A program made the translations under genes and the position numbers. The notes beneath the pieces were generated by a model, which saw only the letters and a program-made list of their open reading frames with translations, had not been told where the DNA came from and did no database searches. DNA of 64,000 nucleotides from Podarcis pityusensis (taxonomy: Eukaryota), in the NCBI GenBank assembly GCA_964106645.2, contig OZ067053.1. One strand, given 5' to 3'. Every line of letters starts with the position of its first letter. The first letter of the stretch is position 1. Of this stretch, positions 1-55,041 are shown piece after piece.

Positions 1-3000
1 TAAAAAGGTGAGACAACATAAAGGCTGCAGGGCTAGTCCATCTACTGAAACCTTCTTCCTTCCAGAAAAGCTTTGCCACCAGAACCACTGGCATGCCAGC
101 CTTGTGCTCATGGAGACATACAAGAACCAGGAGCAGGGGTGGTGTCCGGGATGGGTGACACACCTCCTGCCCTTTTCGTTTCCTTTCATTTCAAAAGAGA
201 TTGTTTACAAGGCAGAGTCCTGTTGAGACCCCACCCACCAACTTTATTTGCCCAGAGTTAACATGTGGACATTGATGGCTGGCAGAATGGAAGGCAGAAA
301 TCCCTAACAATAGGGAGAACTAGAGCCAGCGATGGCCTCTGCCTATGCCTGAGCCAATGACGTGCAGCACCAACTCATTCTCGTTTTGCCCCCTTCCTCC
401 TCTTCTGCGACATCAACACTGAGACTAAGAAGGAGGAAGCTGACAACAGCACCGCCCCCCCCCGCTCCCTGGTTTTCTTTGAGTAAGAGGGCTGGCAGGT
501 GGAGGCTGGTTGAAGACACACCAACATCGCTGGAGCATTGCCTGGTTGGCCAGCTCCGTTGCACGTGGACATTTTGCGCCAATTGGTGCCCTGGGCATGT
601 ACCCCAAATCCTTACACCTGCCTTGTCCAGAATGAAGCTTGCATCACGATTCAGCCCCTGCCCTATTTGCCTCTGCTGTTCTATAGCAATTTTCAACTCC
701 GTTATTGTACAATTGCAGTATCCTGTCCCACAGAGTTTGTGTTAGAAAATATGCAGATCTTTTTACTCTCTGTGTTAGTGTTTCATTATTATTATTGTTT
801 GTTTTAATGCAATAAGCAGAAATTAGGGAAACGATGGTTAAGAAGTGCAAAAAGTAAAACAAGACAAGTGCAAGGACAGACAACTTGAGCTGTTTTTAGC
901 TACGCCTCACCCATCCAGTTTGCTCATTGTTCAAGCCTCTTATTGGCTGCGTCCTTGGGAGACACTAGAGCTGCTGTACTGCATTTTATCACCACAGAGT
1001 TAAGATTCCCCAATATTAAACACTAATTTAAGCAAAACTACAGCATAAAAAAGCGAATTGCCACAAAGCTGCTTTGCATTCAGTTTAAACAATAAAAAAT
1101 CCCCTGTTGATTTAAGACACCACTTGTACTGGTAAACAAATGGGGAGAAAATAAACACTATTTGGCCATTCTTTTAACATCTAAATTGTTGAATGTTTAT
1201 CAGAAAAGAAAGCTTCACCCCCAAAATGCTGTGCACTAAGTTATTAATCAAATGTATCCTCCAGATGCTTTGTGGATTGCTACTCCCATCCCCACTGCCC
1301 ATGGGCCATGTTGGCTGGGGCGGACGGGAGTTGTGAAATCCAACATCACCTAGAAGGCACCAGGCTGGAGGAAGGCTGGTCAACCTCAACTGGCAGCATC
1401 TGTACAAGGTTTCAAGCAAAGGTGTTTCCCATCGTTACTGCACCTGAGGGGGCTTTAATTGAACCTGGGATCCTATGGAGGAAAAGTATGTCCTCCCTGA
1501 ATTGTGACTCTGCTCCATCAGGTTTTTAACATTAGAGCCACAGGTTCAATTCTAAGCTTACTGGATGGCCTTAGAAAAGTTACCATATTCACCCAACCCA
1601 TGGTGGTGTGAGAATCACCGAAGGTTGCACTGGGCTTTAAGAGTTAAGAGATTTAGGGTTAAGTTCTGCTTGGAAAGACAACAACTCCTTATTCAGTAAG
1701 AAGGGGAAGGCACCCGGTGCCCCTTTCCAAAGGGGTCACTGCAAGGTTCAAAGCACTTTGAAAAAGCTTCACTAATTCCTTCCACTAATGGAAAAGTTGA
1801 TGACTAGCCATCTTACAAGGCTTCACCTCCTGGCAGAATGTGTGCTTCCCTTGGTGAAATATATTGCTTACCATAACTGGCATTGTGAATTGCAAATATC
1901 ATTTAATTAGATGGCTTACTATACCACAAATGTATGTCTTATTATTTCCCTAATTCAGTTAAAAGGGAGATGAGAGACGAAGGAGCAAGTCCAGTGTGCT
2001 GGAGCTGTGCTTCAGAGATTAACGTTGAAGCTATCCTATACCAATTAAACTATTGACTCATCTACCCCAGCCGTGCCTATCCTATGTGGTTGGACCTCAA
2101 TTCCCATCATTCCCTTTGACCATAGCGGTTGGGACTGTTGGGATTTGAAGTCTGGCACCATTGGGATGGTCACAGGATTCTGTGCCACTGCCCTATACAG
2201 CTATGCAGATGTCTCATCTGGGTGAGAAACACTGAGACAAGAACAGTCTAAACCAACTGAAAAGCACAGTGAGAAATGGAAGGCAGATCAAAACACAACA
2301 GATTTTTAAATAAAAAAAATAAAGAACTGTCTACCTTTACAAACACTCCAAGTTGCTAACAATTTGGGCTAAATGGATATCCGTGCAAGAACCCTCTTAC
2401 AAGTGGGCTTGAAAGTTACTGGTGTGCTCCATTGCTTTTCAGAAACAGCAATTTTGGTAACCTGCCCTTACCTGCATGGCCCCTCAAATGTGGCTGGCAT
2501 TCCAACTGCCACCAGCCTCTGCCACCAGCATCATCAAGCTCACTGCCACTTGTAAAGATGAGTAACTGAAATAGGGACTTCCACCGTGGTTTCGATTTTC
2601 ATTTGGTTAAGCTGGGCTTTTCATGTGAACATTCACACACATAAGACTCCAGACATAAAGGATTCTTGTTCCCCAAATATGCTTAGTGTTTAGTAAGGGA
2701 CCTCTGCAAGTTTTAGCTTCCTCTTAACTCTGCTCTTTCTCCCTTCCAGACCTTCATGGGTGATGCTACTTCCTAGAATATTTGCACAATGCCATTTCTT
2801 GCTTCCTCTTCAAAACCTCCCCCAGCCTCCTGTGAGGTCTTTGGCATACCTGCTTAGTCCTCCTAAATCCATGTAACCGAGAAAGAGTTTTCTCTGCTCA
2901 ACCCCCCGTCAAATCTGAGATTATAATCCCATCAAGAAAGGGACCTGTACTTTTACTTTGAGAATGTTAAATAAAATACTGAGATACATTGGGGCTGTCT

Positions 3001-3194
3001 TTGTGTTCACTTTTGTGAGGAGCAAGGAAGGGACAGCTGAAGGAAATGAGACCTACAGCTAGACAGAATATGGCCAATCTATAGTGCAGGTGTCAAGAAG
3101 CCAGAAGCTGATGCTTCTGGGCCTGCCTATGAATGGCTAATCCGTGGCCTTGAAGATGCTGTTTGACTCCCAGCTTCCATTAGGCCCAATGAGT

Positions 3195-3334
3195 TGGAAG
3201 GGACTCCAAAGATCATTTAGTCCAACCCCCTGCAACATAGGAATGTGTAGCTATCCCATACAGGGATCAAACCTGCAACCTTGGCATTATCAGCACCATG
3301 CTCTACTTAACTGAGCTACCTTTGGCAGTGTTTT
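3195..3334 (-). mobile_element. tRNA(Ile)-derived SINE with CR1-like 3' tail
   Basis: Minus strand GTAGCTCAGTT...AGAGCATGGTGCTGATAATGCCAAGGTTGCAGGTTTGATCCC, then GGGGGTTGGACTAAATGATC...TCCCTTCCAACTC; flanking repeat TAG(G/C)CCCAATGAGT at 3181-3194 and 3335-3348. Confidence 0.7.
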
Positions 3335-5122
3335 TAGCCCCAATGAGTAGCAGAGAAGGGTCAGAGACAAAGTTGTAGTCCAGCAATATCTGGCAGGTCA
3401 CAGATTAGCTATCCCTGTCACAGAAGTCAGCCTGCACTGATAATATCGTGCTGATTCCCATTTCCAAGCTCAGTAGACTGGCGGCAAAACCAGACCAAGG
3501 CAAGGAGGTGTGGAGATAGCATGTGCACTAAGGTCAGCACTAGAGTCTAGATTTAGGATGACATGAAAACTTTGCCTAAGAAGGCTGCTTACTGCTTGCT
3601 GCTGTGCTCCTAACACACTCCTGAGTTGCAAGGTCCACATTTTTAACATGTCTGCTAGTGAAACCTTCCATCTGCAAGGGATTTCACTTTACACCCCAGA
3701 GCACTTTGAGCTTACCCATCACTAAGCATTCTGTGCTAGTCACAGACTCTTCAAAGGACTCTTGCCAAATTTTAATCCATCCAACTCCTAAACGAAGAGT
3801 GCCCTAGCAAGTGACTGAAAAACACTGCAAAGCCAGCATGCTCTCTGCCGTTTTGACAGAACATGTCCCCCAGTCCCTCGGCGTTCAACCGTGTTATGTT
3901 CATTCGACTACTCCGTTGCTGTTTTTGTGGGACACAAGAAGAGTCTCTACTCACTGAGAACTATCAAGATACTGTTCTGTTAGAAACACAATACCTGAGA
4001 GAATGTAACTGGAAGACCTTTGGCCTTCTGAAGTTAATACCTGTTATCTGGAATGGTTCATGACACCTTTATAACAAAACAAAGAAGTCGTCCAAGAGCA
4101 TCAAAGTACAGTATGAAAACTACAACCAGCTAATTGGGACCCATGTTCAAGGATGTCTATTACTTTTGAGATGTAGGGAAGACAAATTAGATTATCTAAA
4201 AAAGCTTCCACTGCAGCAAAGCCACCCTGGAGGTGCTGACGGTTGCTAAGGAAGAGTTTAATGTGAATTTAGGAAGGGGAAACGCTGTTAATTCTCTAAT
4301 ACTTTCAGGGCGCAGGTCTTGTTAGCTTGGTTCTAAAGATTTAACCCGATAGAAATTGGGGGCGCAAAATATGCTTGTTCTTCAAGACATCTGAGCCTTA
4401 TGATACTGGAGGCAGAATGTGAAGAGTGGTGATAATAATGTAGCACAGCAGAATATCTGACAAAACGCAGCATGGAATGAAGGGAAAATTAGCATTTATT
4501 CTTTGACATGTATACAGCATATGCTATCTTTTTTTAACACAGCACATCACCACTGGAATGGTGAAATGGAAGAGAGATACTCACTTCAGTCGATGAATGT
4601 TGGAAGGCATTGGAGAGAAACACCACACAGTTAGGACTGTTAATGAACTTACACATTGTTGATACAGGACTCAATTTGGAGGGGGGGAAACACAACATGC
4701 GGTAACATTTATCGCAATAGAATGATGGTGGTTAGTGCCACATTAAAAATAAAAATAGTTCTATACAATATGTTCATTTGGTCATGTGGTATTTACAGAT
4801 TTTACAAAAACACACACAGAGACGTAACACGCACACGCACACACACACAAATTTGTTACTTTGCCACTTCAGGGTAAGATGTGGCCAGCAGACTATATCC
4901 CAAGATGTGGCACTGAGAGTTAAGAGACCTAACCAAAAAAAGACCCTGTGAGAACTCCAGCTGTGCAAACGCAAGTCCTTTGTTTCCAGGTCCCATTATG
5001 AATGCCCCCACTTAAAAAAAAAGAACACAAAAAATATTGACGCATGGATTTTGCTAATTAAAATGGAGCAGCCTCCAAGGTATAAATGAAATGAGAAACA
5101 AAATTTTCTCAATTAAAAAAAG

Positions 5123-5138
5123 TTTATTTTTTTTTATT
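5123..5138 (-). terminator. Proximal polyadenylation signals of SERCA2b mRNA (two AATAAA)
   Basis: TTTATT at 5123-5128 and 5133-5138 on +, about 1 kb after the 2b stop; U/GU-rich sequence follows downstream on the minus strand. Confidence 0.7.
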
Positions 5139-5864
5139 TTTTTGCTTTGCCTGAAGTCTATCCAGGTAGCCTTTTACCTTTCCTGCTTCTCCCCACCATC
5201 CCAAAGTGGGCAATGCTGGTGAAAATGCTGTTACAATAAAAATACATAAGATATTTAAATAAATAATTTTTTTAAAAAAAAAATCTACATGTGATGGGGG
5301 GGTTGAGGAGGAGAACAGTAATAGGTTGCCCCTGGAGTGGTATTTTCTGCACCAGCAAAAATAAGCATACCTCTTACAAATACAGGTGTAAACAAGATTC
5401 AGTTGTTATTTAAAAATATTGGAAAGGGCAAAAAAGGGGGGTAGATACTGAGGTAGCAGTATACATCTGCCCAGTGCAGAAAAAACCAGCTGAATGACAA
5501 ATTAAGAATAGGTGACCATGCAGAAGACATAAACAATTGCATGCTTTTTAGTTTAAGAAAACACACACAAAAACATTCATTCCCTAAAATCTGCTACCAA
5601 TTACAGTTTGCTCAATATAGTGTCCACTGGCACTCCCCCCGCAAAGCACTTTTTTGTTTGTTTTTACAAGGATGAGTTGACTATTAAACAGAACACTGTA
5701 CATGCTTCTCCTCTACAAAAAATATTTGCATAAAATAGTGTTAAATTTCTCTGTACATGTCAATGGACACCCTAGATGTGTATAAAAGGGGGTGGGGAGA
5801 AATGCTACTCCCCCACTGGAGTCGGGTCAGGGGAAGTAAAAGAAAAAACCCAAAACATCTAGAT

Positions 5865-6005
5865 CAGCCCTTCCACAACCTGGTGCCCCTCCCAGGTGTC
5901 TGGGATACAACTCCCATTGGGCCTCGCAAGCACAGGTGGGCTGGCTGTGGCTGATGGGAGTTGTAACAGCAGGTATCTGGAGGACACCGGGATGGGGAAG
6001 GGCTG
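5865..6005. mobile_element. Palindromic hAT MITE of the same family inside the SERCA2b 3'UTR
   Basis: Ends CAGCCCTTCCACAACCTGGTG / CACCGGGATGGGGAAGGGCTG; inner arms TACAACTCCCAT / ATGGGAGTTGTA. Confidence 0.75.
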
Positions 6006-6138
6006 GCATAGAATATGGAACCTCAGACACTGGCAAATATGTTCATGTGAAAATTCAGCAGAATAAGACAATTGCTTTAAACAATAAAAAAATTGATTTA
6101 AGTTAAACATCTCTCTGTCAAACTGTTATCTCTTCAGG

Positions 6139-51494
<45,356 letters not shown>

Positions 51495-52243
51495 CTACCC
51501 TCGCTCACCACTAGCCTCCTCTCTACTCCTTTCCTCGCCCGCCACCCTCCCTTCCCCTACGGATCCCCACTCCTCCTCCTCCCCGGATTTGTCACCATCG
51601 AAGACAAGAGATCCAGAAGGGCGCCCGGCGCTTTCTAGCAAGGCGAAGCCAGCCAGTCAGTCAGGGCTGGCGCACCCCTTGGGGAGAGATCTTTCGGGGG
51701 GAGGGACGGCCCACAGCTACCACCAGGGTGAGGGGGCAAGAAAGCCCCTTTTCCCCTCCTCCTCCCACCGGGTGCCTCACCCAGCCCGCTCCGGCCGCCC
51801 TCGGGGTGACGGGTCCAACTCGAGGGGTGTTTTGTGAAGGGGCTGAAGGGGCTGCTCCGCAAACTGGGTTTTTTTTGGGGGGGTTATAAAATGAGACACC
51901 CCCTTTTAAAGAATTCCTCCCCTGATTCCGCCGTCGGAGATGCAGTCAGTAACTGGCCCCTGGCGCCTCCCTCCGGGTTCGCTGAGGTGCGAGCGCCCTC
52001 AGGGTTGGGGGCAGACACAAGCGCCCCACCCGCCTCGGACGGGGCAGCACCGGCGGCTCCTCGGCGCGCTCTTCCCCGGCTCGGCAGCGCAGGCCTCGGT
52101 CGGCTCTCCGGCTTCCTGCCCCCCTTTTTGTGTGTGGCGGCGGCGGGGCTTTTGGGGTGTCCCTTTCTCCCGCTTCCTGCCCTCCCTCGTCCCGGCTCCC
52201 CTCCCCGGCGCTGGCTGAGCCGGCGGCCGCTGCTCTAATAGAA

Positions 52244-52306
52244 TTTATCCGAGCCAACTCGCGGCTGCCCCTCTTGCGGCCGCGGCATGTGGACGATGCT
52301 CATTGG
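52244..52306 (-). promoter_or_regulatory. ATP2A2 core promoter: ERSE-like CCAAT-N9-CCACA (52306-52288) and atypical TATA GATAAA (52249-52244); TSS predicted near 52220
   Basis: Minus strand reads GGCCAATGAGCATCGTCCACATGCCGCGG...GATAAATTCTATTAGAGCAGC, the same arrangement I recall for the mammalian SERCA2 promoter. Confidence 0.85.
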
Positions 52307-52345
52307 CCGAGAGAGGAGAGCGAAGGGAGGGGGGAGGGGAAGAGG

Positions 52346-52370
52346 CCCCGCCCACCCGCCGTGACGTCAC
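52346..52370. promoter_or_regulatory. GC box and perfect palindromic CRE (GTGACGTCAC)
   Basis: CCCCGCCC at 52346-52353; TGACGTCA at 52362-52369. Confidence 0.7.
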
Positions 52371-54307
52371 CGCGAAACCCCGTCTCCTGCTGCTCGGCCC
52401 TCGGGCTGCTGCTGCCGCTGCTGAGATTTCGCCCGAAGCCGGGAAGAGGCGCGAGGGAGGGAGGGAGGCGGGGGGAGGAGGAGGAGGAGGGAGTCTACAA
52501 AACGAATCATACAAAAATGAGCCCCCCGCCCCGCGGATTGATTTTGCGGCGCGCGCTGACGCTTCGTGCCGTACAACTCCGGGAATGGCCTCGCTTGGAA
52601 AGGGAGTGGGAGGGCGGGCGGGCGTCGAAACCAAAGCAATGTAAACCGGTTTGAAAAGGATCCGAGGCGAGTCTCTCGAGCGCCTTCCTCTTTCCAGCCG
52701 AGCTGGGGGAGGGGAGCCGAGCTGAGGCGACGCTGGGCGGCCGTTGGCCTCTCCGCCCGCCTCCGGGTCCCGTCAGGTCGAGGGGCCGCGTGGCCGGCCT
52801 TCACACGCACCCAACCCGCCCAGCTGACCTTTCCAACACCTGAACCTACCCGAATCTTTTAAACACGTTAACATATGTGTGTGAGAACATGTTGAAACGC
52901 GCACACGAGTTCTACCTCTCAAAAGGCATTCTTATTGAGACGGCTTCGTTTTTCTGCCGTTTCCACACAGCTGCCATGAGGGCAGATGCGCCCCCCCCCC
53001 GCGATTCTAACAGCACTTTTTAATATACAACATGTTTTATACACTCTTGGCATGTTCACCTCACGAAGTCTTGCCTGAAGTACAGTCGCTATTGTTGTTG
53101 ATCTGATTAATTACTCTTATCCCCTCAACCCCACCCTTTTATGCCTGCAGACCTGAAAAACAGTTGACAGGATTAAAAGCAGTTGAGGCAAGGAACATAT
53201 AAGCAGTCGTATAAACTACAGCAAACTATTTGAAAGGACCACAGATAAAATCAAATAAAAAACAGCAGATTAAAAACCGATCAAAATCATTTGGGGGGGA
53301 GGAGAGAGGAAGGATGGAATACAAAATTGAAGGCTTTGTGAAATAAAAAACGCAACTCTGACACAGAAGAGGCCCAGTGGATCTTCAAAGGGAGGATATC
53401 CCACAATCATACAGTGTCACCACCAAATGGCCCTTTCCAATGTTTCTTGGTCTTCCAAGATGGGCAGTCTTTCCCCTGCTGCCTAGCTGTTAGCTGATAG
53501 TAGACAGGACTGGATTCTGACTTGTTATAAAACAGATTCCAGTGTGCCTGAGCTGAAAGTGCTTTGATTTGATCTATTTAAGGTCAAACTCCCTGGCATT
53601 TCAACTGTGCATTATGCTGTTTAAGATCATCAGTCTTCAGTAAGTATTGTTGGAACACACAAGAGGACCATGCCTCAACCTCAAGCAGGTGGCACCAACA
53701 TTATTTATTTACTGCTAGTTGCCTTGTACCTGGCATTGCTTAGGACTGTAAGAAGTTAAAAAAGAAAGTGCAATTTTGAACGGTTCAGTCCACCATCTTG
53801 ATTCAAAATAGCATCTAATTGTATCCAAACATAGACAAAAACTTGATCTCAGGAACCATCATACAAAATTTGGTTATGATATTTTAAGTGTCCAAATGAA
53901 CAGCAAACAAATAGATTATTATTATTTTAGCAAATTATATTTGGGATATCAGATTACAATTTGGGAGGAAGAATAGCTCTTGCGTTTCCCACCCCTGCGT
54001 ATTGATATATACTATAAAACTTGGTGCCAGTGGTGTCCTCTAGATGTTGTTGGACTACAGCTTCTGTTTATCGCTGACCATTGGCCATGCTGTCTGGGAC
54101 TGATGAGAGTTGGAGTCTAACAACATCTGGAAGGCACTACATGATAGGCTATCTTAATATAAAACAAGTGTTGTTGGCATTCATCAAATGTTGGAGAATA
54201 CGCATCAACCCCTTCTTTCTGCCCCCCAATGTTTTTTAACCAGCAAAAGTATGCACACCAAGGCAGTACTAGAACAGGAAATTCTGCTCCTTCTGAAAAA
54301 CTGCTTA

Positions 54308-55041
54308 CAGTGGTGCCTCGCAAGACGAAATTAATTCGTTCCGCAAGTTTTTTCTTCTTGCGAGTTTTTCGTCTTGCGAAGCACGGTTTCCCATAGGAAT
54401 GCATTGAAAATCAATTAATGCGTTCCTAGGGAAACCGCTTGCCAGGCTGGCGGTGCGGAGAAGGGCTTTTCTCCCCACCGCAAGCCTTCAGGACAGGTAC
54501 GGGAACAGAGGGGAAGGCGCGCAGCGCTTTCCCTCTGTTCCCGGGGCTTGCGTGGGAGGAGGGTTTTTCCTCCCCACCGCCAACATTCAGAACAGCATTC
54601 TGAATGTTGGCGGTGGGAAGGAAAACCCTCCTCCCACCCCAAGTCTTCAGGAAAGCCATCCGAAGCTGGGCGGCGGGAGAAGGTGTCCCCGCCCCCCCGC
54701 CCGGCATCGGAGCTTCGTTCCGATGCCGGGCGGCGGGAGGAGGCGTCCCCCCCCGCCCGGCATCGGAGCTTCGTTCCGATGCCGGGCGGCGGGAGGAGGC
54801 GTTCCCCCCCCCCGCCCGGCATCGGAGCTTCGTTCCGATGCCGGGCGGCGGGAGGAGGTCCGAGGACAGTGGGGAAGACGCGCTGCGCTTCCCCGCTGTC
54901 CCGGAGATTTCCCTATGGGCTGTCGTCTTGCGAAGCAAGCCCATAGGGAAATTCGTTTTGCGAAGCGCCTCCAAAACGGAAAACCCTTTCGTCTAGCGGG
55001 TTTTCCGTCTTGCGAGGCGTTCGTCTTGCGGGGTACCACTG
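54308..55041. mobile_element. CpG-rich Tc1/mariner (Tigger-like) non-autonomous element, 734 bp, with internal hairpin minisatellite
   Basis: TA|CAGTGGTGCCTCGCAAGACGAA ... TTCGTCTTGCGGGGTACCACTG|TA (22-bp TIR, 2 mismatches). Confidence 0.9.
54668..54858. repeat. GC-rich minisatellite, about 3 units of 56-59 bp
   Basis: CCGCCCGGCATCGGAGCTTCGTTCCGATGCCGGGCGG starts at 54697, 54753 and 54812. Confidence 0.92.

Noticed and set aside
343-745. 117-aa and 127-aa ORFs near the left edge as an alternative ATP2A2 terminal exon or a neighbouring gene
   Set aside because: No recognisable protein similarity; the acceptor that would put the minus-strand ORF in frame (GGGACAG) lacks a pyrimidine tract.
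3250-3320. tRNA-Ile-like sequence as a tRNA gene
   Set aside because: The stems and T-loop are degenerate, and it is fused to a CR1-like tail with a flanking direct repeat, so it is a SINE head.
54668-54858. CRISPR-like appearance of palindromic repeats with spacers
   Set aside because: The spacers are near-identical rather than unique, there are no cas genes, the context is vertebrate, and the array lies within a TIR/TA-bounded transposon.
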